Positions 1-34,128 of a DNA stretch of 64,000 nt are shown here, one piece after another (the stretch's first letter is position 1; each line of letters begins with the position of its first letter). The notes under the pieces are model-generated. The model did not search any database, was not told the origin of the DNA, and was given only the letters and a program-made list of their open reading frames with translations. The translations under genes and the position numbers were made by a program. The stretch covers positions 17,694,628 through 17,758,627 of the forward strand of contig CM119263.1 of the NCBI GenBank assembly GCA_051294375.1, read 5' to 3'. Source of the DNA: Paraspadella gotoi (lineage: Eukaryota > Animalia > Chaetognatha).

Positions 1-2
1 TC

Positions 3-239
3 AAGAGAGAATTTACAACATTTACTAAAATATTTCTCAGCGGATGCCTCCGGTCATTGGATATGGTTGAAGTCAACATAAACCTCGGACAGTCTTGCGA
101 CGCGGAAAAAACATTGTTGGTCGCCGCATCAGTGGTTCAAAACCATTTACAGTCTTTGCAAATGGGTTCTCTTAGGATCATCGATCCAACAAACATCACT
201 CGTCTTGCATCGGAAAATCTTAAAATCATTTCTCCATGA
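3..239 (+). CDS. Probable terminal coding exon of an unidentified upstream gene
   Basis: Frame is open from the window start to TGA at 237-239 (KREFTTFTKIFLSGCLRSLDMVEVNINLG...KIISP*), GC is higher than the flank, and AATAAA follows at ~290. No recognisable motif. Confidence 0.4.
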   Translation, partial: KREFTTFTKIFLSGCLRSLDMVEVNINLGQSCDAEKTLLVAASVVQNHLQSLQMGSLRIIDPTNITRLASENLKIISP

Positions 240-510
240 CGTTACTCTACAGTGATTTTCCACCAAAAAATACGAATATACTTGTGCCAAATAAAATTTA
301 TGTGCAAATGCAACAAACTTTACTGATATTATAAGGGTAGCACTACAGAGTTCGGACTTGAATCTTACCCCCTTAATTGATCCTCACCCATGCACGATTG
401 TTTTGTAAAATTGTTTTATTTTTTATAGCATAAGAATCGTTAAGGATTTTTTTATCTTTTGGATTAGCAAAGTTTTTCGAATTTTTTACAACGATTTTTA
501 TTTGTAAAAA

Positions 511-552
511 GCAGACATGTTTCGGCTCATAATTTCGAGCCTTCATCAGCGC
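511..552 (-). ncRNA. Minimal hammerhead ribozyme (PLE pLTR remnant)
   Basis: Minus strand reads GCG-CTGATGA-A-GGCTC gaaattat GAGCC-GAAA-CATGTC-TGC. It is embedded in pLTR-like sequence (~485-2100) similar to 7571-8254. Confidence 0.8.
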
Positions 553-675
553 TTGATATTTGTGAATTGGAATACAATTTGTGAGTTAAAGAAAGAGAGA
601 AAGAGAGAGAGAGAGAAAGGGAGAGAGAGACAGAAGAAGAGCAAGGTTAAAGTTTCCAACAAAGAACTGAGAAAG

Positions 676-1604
676 TGTCGGGAAGAAACTTTCGTGAAGA
701 TTCATCATCGGACTTTTATTCATTTGGATATTAATTCATTAACAAATAAAACGTTTCACCACATGTCTATTCATTTATTATTCATTGATTGATATTTGTT
801 ATTCAATGTCTTTCCTTTCCAGCTATCATGAGTTATTAATGATTATAGGAGAGGTGTTGGGTTACTGATAGGTTATGTGGTTCTTGATCATTGTGTTTCT
901 CTTCTGATCTATTACAGAAAAAAAAAAACAAAAAAAACAAAAAAAACAAAAAAACAAAAACATAAGTTATAATCCGGCTCGTCTTGCTCACAGTAATGTT
1001 TCTTTCAAGCTCAAATGAAGGTCAGCCTTGGCCTTGCTCCTGATATAAGTGGCGACCACTATTCGTGCCAATCTTATCAATTTTAATTTTTTATAAATTT
1101 GGCCACAAATCTACGATGCATATTTATACGTTCCGAAGTCTTGGATGCCAACAAATTTTGTCCATGTTAATAAATTAGGCTTGGAGCGTGCTTAGGACGC
1201 CTCCACCGATATAATCTTTATCTTCATGATATAACAATACCTATTGTCTAATATCTATCCTATGGCCGTTGCCAGAATTTAGAGGGCGACCATTTTTGTT
1301 CGCACTCCCTCAAAGACCTCTGGGATTGATCGGGACGATCAATCATAGAAAAGGGTGAATGATGTCGGGAAGAAACTTTCGTGAAGATTCATCATCGGAC
1401 TTTTATTCATTTGGATATTAATTCATTAACAAATAAAACGTTTCACCACGTGTCTATTCATTTATTATTCATTGATTGATATTTGTTATTCAATGTCTTT
1501 CCTTTCCAGCTATCATGAGTTATTAATGATTATAGGAGAGGTGTTGGGTTACTGATAGGTTATGTGGTTCTTGATCATTGTGTTTCTCTTCTGATCTATT
1601 ACAG
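676..1604 (+). mobile_element. Pair of ~241-bp direct repeats (TG...CA) around a 445-bp core; TRIM/LTR-retrotransposon-like miniature
   Basis: Near-identical repeats 676-917 and 1363-1604 begin TGT and end ACA(G). Purine-rich AGAAAAGGGTGAATGA lies immediately before the second repeat, and PBS-like TGGCGACC is at ~1050. No TSD found. Confidence 0.5.
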
Positions 1605-2695
1605 TGTAGATTCCAGGGTGCACTGTCAACGCGCAGCCGCCCGTGATCAATCATGCCCTGGTTGGAACGAGACATTCTGCCACGCCTTGACTTTTAGTGA
1701 CCCTCCTTTGGTCACCCCACACTCATCACTACCCGTTAGGGGGTACGCAGGATTCGCCCCCTAACAAAAGGACAGTGATCAGTGGTGAGGACAGATTTTA
1801 GATAAGGCCAATTTGAATAAGTTGTGAAAAGAAATGAAAATTTGGTGAAAGAGTAAGTGAGGGAGAGAGAGAGAGAGAGGGAGAGGAAAATATAAACAAT
1901 TACATTTGAGCAATGTACATTGTACAACAAAGATAAAGGTAATAAAAACTTGAAATAAATTGAAATAAATTAATTTGAAATTTGAGAGATTGAAGATGAA
2001 AGAAGAAATTAGAGATTTTTAGATTAGAGGGATAGATAAGTAAATATAAGATAAATATAAGATTTGAGAAAGAGCTCAAATTGAGGATTGTATTTAGTTT
2101 TGCTGTATATTATTATATGTGGATGTCTGACCGAGCGGATATTTTTACTTTACAGTATGTATTTTGATACCACGCGAGTAAACAATCATAATCGTTAAAA
2201 TTAAAATATGGGCCATTGGTATTAAGAGAGAAAACTGAGTAAATAACAAAATAACCTTGAGAGTGAAGAGAAGAGGAGAGACATAATAATATTTATCAAT
2301 TGAATAATGCTGTTAACTATTTTTAATCAATTGAATAATGCTGTTAACTATTTTTAATCAATCTTAACTTTTTTAATGGATTTTTATAGAGCATAAAAAG
2401 TTAAATAAAAAATATAACTACAACTTTCAAAAATTCTTGTTTTCTTGGTCAAAATTTTAAAAAAATAATAAAATTTTCGAAATATGATGATGATGATAAT
2501 TATTAATAGTTTTTCATATTTGTCACCTACTTATGATCAAAATATCGAAAAAAGAATTATACTTTGTGTAAACAAATTTTTGCAAGCTAACTGAATCTGA
2601 TCTTAAAAATAAGAAATATTAAAAACATTTTTAGCCTTTTTTATTTATAAATAAATATTGTGATATAAATCCTTTCTTTTCGTTGTTTGGGACGA

Positions 2696-2871
2696 TTAGA
2701 GACAGTTTGAGTTTAGTTTTGACAACGATTTTATTTAATTCAAAAACAGACATGTTTCGGCTTCATTTCAAGCCTTCATCAGCGCTGATGAAGGCTTGAA
2801 ATGAAGCCGAAACATGTCTGTTTTTGAATTAAATAAAATCGTTGTCAAAACTAAACTCAAACTGTCTCTAA
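2696..2871. mobile_element. Perfect 176-bp palindrome of two head-to-head hammerhead ribozymes (non-autonomous PLE derivative)
   Basis: 88-bp arms centred on CAGC|GCTG (2783/2784). Each arm carries CTGATGAAGGCTTGAAATGAAGCCGAAACATGTC. It is preceded by the inverted PLE tail CCTTTCTTTTCGTTGT, and AAATAAATATT is duplicated at 2649-2659 and 2870-2880. Confidence 0.85.
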
Positions 2872-4200
2872 ATAAATATTAAAAAATTAATATATGGAAA
2901 ATTAATATATGGGGTATAAAATAATAATAAAAAAAATTTGTCTATTCAATTTTTTTTTTAAATGTTTAAATTTTCGTTTCTGCAGGTGCTTAATTCAAAT
3001 TTCTTAACCACCTTACTGAGTTAGGTTACCCATAATTATATGAAATTGGTACAACCAATATATAATATTATATATTTTTAAAATATATTTGTAAAATATT
3101 ATATTTGTTATTGTTTCCATCGTAAACTCTCTACAATCTTCATAGTTAACGTCTCGAGAATGAACGCTAAATATTATTTATTTTGTAAATTTTAATATGA
3201 TATCGTATCTAAGACTGTGAAAAAGAAGCTCGCGAAAAGGTTTCGTATCCTAAATCGAGGTTGAAGTAAGATTAATTACGTATAATGACTTCAATTTCTT
3301 TCGTGTTTTTTTTTTTTTTTTTGTCTACGGAAAGTTCAGCTTAGAGAGATCAGTTATCCATTGACTCAGCAATTTTGCAATCGAAGAAACATCTCTCTCC
3401 AACGTTCCATTGTTTTTTCTGTTTTCTCATTTTCTTAATTTTTAAGATAGTTATAAGATTTTACTTTTAGTTAATAAAAATCAGTGAATCTTTCGTTGAT
3501 TCCTAAGACGAAATTTTTGTATATAACATCATAAAAATATAAGGAATAAGGAAAAGGCTACTAAATGAAAGACCTTGAAAAAAAAAATAATTTGAAATTA
3601 ATAAATATATGATGAGTGAACTTTTGAAAATAATAAACTAAATGATAAATCTATTCATTTTTATCTTTGTCCCTCCTAATCCTATAGCTATACCTTTGTT
3701 GCCATTTGTCTTTTTTCTGCTGACAAGGATTTTTTTTTCCGTTCCCGAAAACAAATTATCAATTTCTCTTCATTGTCAATTCGACAGAAAATGAAAATAT
3801 TTTTTTAGAAAATATAGATGGCTAAATTGTACTTTCGCCGGCCTTGGTTTCGGCGTCTTTTGAAAAACTATTTAAAACTATTTATTTTTTTAAAAAATTT
3901 AGAAAAATATTACCTAATTACCCTAACTCTAAACCCTCTTTACCCTAACTACCCATAACCCTAAACCACCCTTAATAATAATAATGTAGGTAACTTTACT
4001 ATTCGACATCCGCAACCAACCTTAGGTATCACCGGTCGGTGTTTTGTTAATCCACTTAATATTGTTTTCCCTCTAGCGTCGAGTCGCAGTTTGTGCAAGA
4101 ATATACTTTTTTTTGTTCGGTAATACAAATTTTAAAATTTTATAATAAATTTAAATGTATTTTAATTACTATTTTTATGTTTAAGGTAAAAAATGAATTG

Positions 4201-4460
4201 TTTGTTTATGTACTAGTTTTATAAAGAAATAAATTTTGGACATGTTTCAGCTTTAATGTAAGCTTTCATTAGCGTAAAAACGAATTGATTTATAAAACAA
4301 ATATTTTTACAAACTTTTTTTCCTTCTCTCTTCAAATTTCAAAGTCTGTAAAAATATTTGTTTTACAAATCAATTCGTTTTTACGCTGATCAAGCATAGT
4401 ATCCGAAACATATCCGAAATTTGCTTCTTAATAAAACTCATTGTAGGTAAACAAACAAAG
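4201..4460. repeat. Degenerate PLE-derived inverted repeat with decayed hammerheads
   Basis: Imperfect hairpin with GGACATGTTTCAGC..TCATTAGCG on the left arm and CGCTGATC..CCGAAACATATCC on the right arm. Confidence 0.6.
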
Positions 4461-4953
4461 AAAAGAAAAGAAAGTAAAAACAAATTTATATTATATTTTT
4501 TAAAGAGTTAACAATTAAGTTAATGTTGGTTAGGGATTAGAGGTGGTTACTAGTTAGGGTTAAGGGTGGTTGAGTATATGTAATAAAAAGTTTTTCTACC
4601 TTTACCTGTATCTTTTTGCATAACAAAAATTTTATATGTCGCTCATAAGAAGCAAAAAAAAATAACCGACCGCAAAATCCCGGTCGGCGAATGTAAAAAT
4701 AAGCCAATAATGTTTTCGAAATATATTTTCAAACATTTTAAAAACATTATTATTTTTAATTCTATTCTAAACCCAGATCTTTAACTTGCGATAAAACCTC
4801 AAACTTTGATTACCTGAGTCAAACTGAAAATCTCAAAACTTCAACCTTTAAACTACCAGGATATTCCAAACTCCAATTTTCAAATAACCTCAATGCGATA
4901 CAAAGTCAGTGCCCTAAATACCTAGGCTTTATGGTCGGGTTGTCGTGACTTAT

Positions 4954-5305
4954 TTATTGATATAACTGTATCGCAAAGGTCGAGTTTTTGCCTTTGCCGT
5001 CGCGCTTCCCTTTTATTTCCCGGCTCGGCGGAGGACTCGTCGGGATTGGTGGGTTCCCTCGCGTGTTGTTTTCGCTGCTCCCAGAGACTCGGAACTGATT
5101 GGCGGTGGGACTCGACCCGATGCTCGCACCACCTTTTAATCGCCCGTCGCTCAGTCTCTCTCGTCGAGAGGCTGCACTCGGCGGCAAACCCTTTTCATTT
5201 GACCTCAAAATTAAGCTCTTATTTCGGTTTGATTCGATACCGGAACTTTTGTTATTCAATGACTTTCCTTTTTACTTTTTGGATTCTTATGCTAATATCG
5301 TAAGT
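4954..5305 (+). promoter_or_regulatory. Putative promoter and non-coding first exon of the FAS gene
   Basis: Isolated GC/CpG-rich island in very AT-rich DNA. Two inverted CCAAT (ATTGG) motifs at ~5045 and ~5098 lie next to GC-box-like GGCGG. A consensus donor GTAAGT at 5300 could pair with the otherwise unpaired acceptor at 11529, upstream of the FAS ATG. Confidence 0.4.
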
Positions 5306-6766
5306 TTATCGTTATTTCTATTCGTAATTTACTAATTATGTTACGTAACTTTTGTTTACCCTTTTGTTTAATTTCTTATCAACTCATTAAATAAATGCAT
5401 ACTGTATGCTCTTATTTTTTTCCAGGTAAAATTGTACAATGTACAATTGTACATCCAGTCATTCACTGTTTCGTATCTTCCTGGTTGATGATTTTTATCT
5501 CGCCAGACGGGCTAAGGCCCGTCTTGGGCGAGATAATTGTTTACCTTTGCCTCTTTGTGACCGTTGGAAATTATAAAAGTGTTATCTTAGAAAGTTAAAA
5601 ATTTAGATCTGGTTTATTATCATCAAGATCTTTTAAATTGTCATTTTTCATATCAAAACTCGGATTTGTTTATGTTGAAGAGACAGTAATAATTATTATG
5701 AGTTAGTGACAGAACCGTTCATTATAGGCAGTCCCTGAGCCTCGGATAAGGCTATAATACCGCCAAGTTTAGAAAATTATTTTATTAAGGTGGGTCAAAA
5801 TCTTTAAAAAAAGTTATAGTTAATCTATAATTAAATTTTTTAAAATTTTTAGCAAATCTAATTAGGGGTAGCCCAACCCAATGGGGTGTGTCACAAATTT
5901 AGAGAGTACATGCTCGAATATTTATACATTTTTAAAAATATTTTCAATGGGCAAAAAATTGTTAATCTGGCTTCAGATAGCTCATAAAAAGTTGTTTACA
6001 CAAAGTATAATTCTTTTTTAAATATTTTTATGATAAGTGTGTCAAAAATAAAAAACTATAAAAAATCATCATCTTTTAATAATTTTATCAGTTTTTTTTA
6101 TATTTTCATTTAGAAAATGTAAGAATTTTTAAAAGCTGTAATTATATTTCTCGTTTAACTTTTTATGCTCTATCAGAATCCATCAAAAAGTTTTAAGATA
6201 TAATATTTTTATTAATATTTTAAAATATTTTTGCTCTATATACAGGGTAGGGATTCAAAACTTAAAAAATCTGTATCACTTCTTCTTTACCTTATGACTC
6301 ATTGTGTGTATTAAAATAAAAAAATAGTAATAGAAAATTTTTAATAAAAAGCATTTTTGATAAAAAATATTTTAATACCATAATCTATGCTCATGATAGA
6401 TTATTTAAAATACATTAGCATTTAAATTTTGTCGGTTATAGTTAATTTAATGAAAGAAATTTTGGCATTCTTGATCCTGTAGTTAAATTTGTTGTGGAGG
6501 CTTATGGGAAAATGAAGAGCAAGGTTTTTCTTTATAAATTACGGAAAGAGAATGGAAGAGAATAATTTCTCCAAAAAAAAATTTAAAAAATCGGATATCA
6601 TAATTTCTTATTATTGCTATTATATTAATATTTAAATAATGATTATGTTAAAGTTAAAAGTAAGTTATGATTATGGTAAATCAAGGTTAAAAATAAATTA
6701 AGATTAAATTTAAATTAAAAAGAAGGGTAAGTTAAAAAGTTAAAGGATAAGGGTAAATTAAGGTGA

Positions 6767-7050
6767 GGGATAAGTTAGGGTTAGGGATAAGTTAGGGTTG
6801 AGGGATAAGTTAAGGGTGTTAGGGATAAGGTTAGGGATAAGTTAGGGATAAGTTAGGGATAAGTTAGGGTTAGGGATAAGTTAGGGTTAGGGATAAGTTA
6901 GGGTTAGGGGAAAATTAGGGTTAGGGGAAAATTAGGTTAGGGGAAAATTAGGGTTAGGGGAAAATTAGGGTTAGGGGAAAATTAGGGTTAGGGGAAAATT
7001 AGGGTTAGGGGAAAATTAGGGTTAGGGGAAAATTAGGGTTAAGGGAAAGT
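6767..7050 (+). repeat. Interstitial telomere-like minisatellite
   Basis: 17-nt units GGGATAAGTTAGGGTTA followed by GGGGAAAATTAGGGTTA, each containing TTAGGG. Confidence 0.8.
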
Positions 7051-7532
7051 TAAGGTTAAATATAAGTTTAAAATTAACTCTCAGATAACTCTATGATAAT
7101 TAAAATTTTTGAAGCAATATTTCAAAAAATAAATTTTATTAGCATTTATAAATTATGAAATAGTTAAAAATATAAAAAACAAATGTTTTAGCTTTAATGT
7201 AAGTTGAACTCGGAAAAATAATTTGTTTTTAAAAAAAATTGTTTGTAAATGTTATTAAAATTGTTTTACTTCAATTTGATTAAACAATAAAACGAAAGAA
7301 TCACTTAATAATTTAAATAAAATTTTAAAAAATAATATTATTATGGTCGACGTATTTAACCATAAAAATTTATAAAATATATTTAAGAGAGACCAAAGTT
7401 TTGATAGTAATAAAAAATTTTTTTCATTAAAATGTAAATCGGACATGTTTCGACTCGTGCATTTCGATCTTTGATCAGCGTTTGTTACTATCAAAACTTT
7501 CATCTTTTTTAAACTTATATAAATAATAAATA

Positions 7533-8254
7533 TTCATGGTAATTATCCTTTCTTTTTCGTTGTTTGAGAGATTAACAAAATTTTATTTTATTTTTGCAAC
7601 GAATTTTATTTTACAAGAGCAGACATGTTTCGGCTCACAATACGAGCCTTCCTCAGCGCATATGAATTGTGAACTTGATACAAGTTTTTAGTTAAAGAAA
7701 AAGAGAGAGAGAGAGAGGGTTAAAGGTTTCCAACAAAGAATTGAGTAAGGACAGTGATCAGTGGTGAGGACAGATTTTTAGAAGTGGCTAGTTTGAATAA
7801 GTTTTGAAATTCTTATATTTCACTACAATCTTTACTTATCTATCCTTCTAAAATCTCAAATTTCAACTTCTCAATTTCAATTTTCAATTTCAAAAAATTA
7901 ATTTATTTCAATTTGTTATTAAACAGTTTCCATTATCTTTATCTATGTTGTACATTGCTCAAATGTAATTATTTATTTATTTTTCTCTCTCTGTCTCTCT
8001 CACCAATTTTCACTTCTTTTCAAAACTTATTCAAACTAGCCACTTCTAAAAATCTGTCCTCACCACTGATCACTGTCCTTACTCAATTCTTTGTTGGAAA
8101 CCTTTAACCCTCTCTCTCTCTCTTTTTCTTTAACTAAAAACTTGTATCAAGTTCACAACTCATATGCGCTGATGAAGGCTCGTATTGTGAGCCGAAACAT
8201 GTCTGCTCTTGTAAAATAAAATTCGTTGCAAAAATAAAATCAAACTTTGTTAAT
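7533..8254. mobile_element. Non-autonomous PLE hairpin element with inverted pLTRs and two hammerheads
   Basis: Inverted arms ~7571-7809 and ~8018-8254. Hammerheads at 7619-7659 (-) and 8166-8206 (+). Inverted tail CCTTTCTTTTTCGTTGT, and ATAAATAATAAATA duplicated on both flanks. Confidence 0.85.
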
Positions 8255-8287
8255 AAATAATAAATAAAAAGTTATAATACAATATTA

Positions 8288-11023
8288 TTAGAAAAGTTTG
8301 AAATGAATTTCAACAACGATTTTATTTTAATAAAAAACGGACATGTTTCGGCTTAACTACAAGCCTTCATCAGCATTAAAAAAGTTAGTGAATTTGAAAC
8401 AAATTATGTGCATAAAGAAAGAGTGAGAGAGAGAGAGAGAGAGGGCAAAGTTTTCAACACAGAGTTGAGAAGGGATAGTGGTCAATTGTGAGGACAGATT
8501 TAAGGTGAAACAAATAGAGCCAGTTTGTGAAAAGAAATTGAAATGGTGAGAGAGAGAGAGAGAGAGTGAGAGAACTTGAAAAATAATACATTGTGCAATG
8601 TACAACAAAGATAATATTGTTTAAAACTTAATGATCAGTGTTAACAATTAACTACTGTGAATAAATAAGTTAGTGAAGATGAAATTGTGAAATTTGAAAT
8701 GTGAAGGAAATAGAGGTGAGGGATAGTTAAGCAATTATTATTATAGTGAAGTATAAGAGTTAAGATAGAGCTCAAAGTGAGCTGGCCCCCCTTGGCTTGT
8801 GCAAATGAAAGGCCTGATCGATGTGGTCGGGTCATTGACGTGTCAGTGGCTGTGAGGACAAAATCGTTGAGCCTATGTGTGTGGCGTTAGGGAGGCTTCC
8901 TTGCGGGAAGATACCCAAGGCTACTCTGATGTCTCTCTGGCCTGGTACGCCTGCCGACTGCCCTCTTCTCGCCTGCTGACGAGGTGGGCGCTTTCCATTC
9001 TTGCCGCTTTTGCGACAGGAGTGGTGGACTCTCCTTCCTCCTGCAGCCGTCGCTTTGGGCGGCGCTCACTCCACAGAGAAAGGGAATGAGTTGCTACAGG
9101 TGAAGGAGAGGCATCGTCTGCCCATTGCCTGCGCAAGGGTCTCCGCCTGTCTCGTTGAGTGGAGACAGGGGAGTCATTGTGCGGACGTGGTGGAGACGGG
9201 GCCTCCACCACGCTTTTGATAAGCGAATCATAGCTTGGAGGGAGGTCGAATCGTCCTCCATCACGATTCAAAGAGGGCTCGAGGGCTTTGATGTATATTG
9301 CCTCTCTAATACCTCTTGAGAACCAGTTCGGGTCATGGGACAGCACGAGACAGTCTGTTTCTCTAAATACATGGCCAGTATTTACCGTATGCTCGGCTAC
9401 AGCGGACAAGTAATGACCGCGGGCATCACGATATGGTTTCGTGTGCTGCTGAAATCGATCCGTCAGAGATTTGCCTGTCTCGCCCACGTATGCTGCTGTA
9501 CAGGCTTGGTTGCCCGCCCCTGCACAGGCCGCCCAATAGACGGCTCCTGGATGTTTTCGGTCTGGGGATTTTATCTTTCGGTTTCACCAATAGCTCACGC
9601 AGAGAACCGGGCCGTCACTGAGGTGGAGATCCCCTGCTTTGCCAGCACCCGCACCAATGACTCAGTGATCCCCTGGTGGTAGGGGAGGGACAAGTGGCCC
9701 ACGTTCTTAGGCGGCTTCTGCTTATCTTCCATTTGCGCTGTGGTGGGCGCGGTTGGCTCTTCAGCAGCAAGCTCCCTTTCTGCCTCCTGGGGGATGGAGG
9801 GAGAAACTGCATCAGCGGCTACTTGGGCAGCCCCTAGGTGGCCACTGCCCTCAACCAGACACGGCCGGTACCTAGCCTTCTCGAAAGCCCACAATGGGTA
9901 ACCATTGATCGCCAAGGCTCTTTTGACGTGCTCAAGCTCGGCGGCCTGAAGCTCGGGGGTCGACGGAATCAATGCAGCCCTTCTGTAAGGGACCGGACCG
10001 TGGCGAGCTTGTGAGATAAGGGCGCATGAGAGTCAAAGGGAATGTACTGATCTGTGTGCGTCGGTTTGCGATATACTGAAAATTCCAATGAGCCGCCCTC
10101 TTTGCGCTTTATAAGCACATCGAGCATTGGAATTGACCCATTCTCCTCTTTCTCACATGTCCACTTGATGCTCACATGAATCCCATTCAGGTGATTCAAA
10201 AGATCCTCAATGAGGTCTCGTCTTACGGCCAGAATGGTATCGCTGCTCTTCCGATACCAGAAGAGGATTGACTCTGCCCCATGCAACGATCGAAAAGAGG
10301 CCAAAGCTTCCACCTCATAGTCCTCCATATAGAAATCTGCCAGAGGACTTGATGTCGACTTGCCCATCCCTAAGCCACAGGCTGGGCGTAGTACTGTCCA
10401 TCGAACCTGAAGTACGCCAGTTCCAGGTCGAGCCGCAGCAGTGCCATGATATCATTCAATTGGATTGGCGTAGCTCGTGCAATTTCTGGTCTTCCCTCAA
10501 GCGTCGTTCTGCTGATATTAACGCCAAAGTCTTGGGGAATGTTAGTAAACATACTTTGTAAATCACACGAGACCAAGCAATGACTATCGGGCACTTTGAT
10601 ATGCTGCAACTTTTCCGTCAGATCGACAGAGTTCCGGAGGTGGTGTGGATTACCAACGAGCGGAGTGAGGATGCGCCCCAACTCCTTCGCATTCCATTGA
10701 AAATGGAATTGCGGGCCGATACGATTGGGCGTAACGGTAGATCGGGCTTATGCACCTTCGGTTGACCGAAGAACAAAGGAGGCTGCGTTGAGTCAGGATT
10801 GACTCTGTGAAATACTGACGGGGGACAGTACTCACGTATGCGTTTCGTTACGGTCTGGATCCGAGCTCTGTAGGCGAGAGTCGGATCCTTAGGTAATAGA
10901 TGGTAGGTCTTTCGATCTGCCATCATTGCTCGGACTTTGTTTTTGTAGTCATGGGCGTCCATGACTACCGCAGACTACCGCTTTTCTAATAATTATTACA
11001 CAACGAAAAGAAAGGATTATACC
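8288..11023 (-). mobile_element. 5'-truncated, frameshifted Penelope-like retroelement (RT + GIY-YIG endonuclease) with hammerhead-bearing pLTR
   Basis: Minus-strand ORF fragments 10962->8921: PKVHK..PLRPIVS, CDLQSMFTNIP, MGKSTSSPLADFYME, IPMLDVLI, YRKPTHTDQY, and GIY-YIG-type YVGETGKSLTDRFQQH. A 14-bp TSD ATAATACAATATTA occurs at 8274-8287 and 11024-11037, with an inverted tail (..ACAACGAAAAGAAAGGA) at 10981-11023. Confidence 0.9.
8338..8375 (-). ncRNA. Minimal type I hammerhead ribozyme in PLE pLTR
   Basis: Minus strand reads CTGATGA-A-GGCTT gtagtt AAGCC-GAAA-CATG-TC: intact core, 5-bp stem II, palindromic helix III, GUC cleavage triplet. Confidence 0.8.
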
Positions 11024-11562
11024 ATAATACAATATTAAATAAAATATAATATTTTTAAAATCTTTTTTTAATAATAAAAAATGAAAATAAATATTTTAAC
11101 GGATAAATTCGGCGTATTTAAGATTATTATTGTCATGGTCCTAATTTTTTTTTCCATAAAGAAACAAATTATTTTGTATTTTCATTTTCCATAAGCCTCT
11201 AGAACGTATTCAACTCCAGGATCGCCGAATTTCTGATTCTGATTTTCTTTTTACTTTTTATGAGAAATTCGAATCTGTTTTCAAAACTAAAAATAAAAAA
11301 TTTAAAATTTTAACATTTTCTATGGCGAGTAAGTACTATGTATAAATATAGACTAATACAAAAATTAATAATTTTTTTTAAAAAATGTTTTTAGTACATG
11401 ATCATGATCGAATTTTGATCTGCAACCTTAACAACGTTTTTTTTTTTTAATTCGATAAATGTATAAAAAAACCTATTGTAAATTTTTTCTGCTGCCTTCT
11501 ATTTACTGTATTTGTCTTTTACCAAACAGCATTCCCCCCTCTACCCCTAAGAAAAACTAGAA

Positions 11563-34128
<22,566 letters not shown>

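Noticed and set aside
4954-5335. Short overlapping ORFs on both strands
   Set aside because: No recognisable motifs; a by-product of local GC richness in a promoter-like island.
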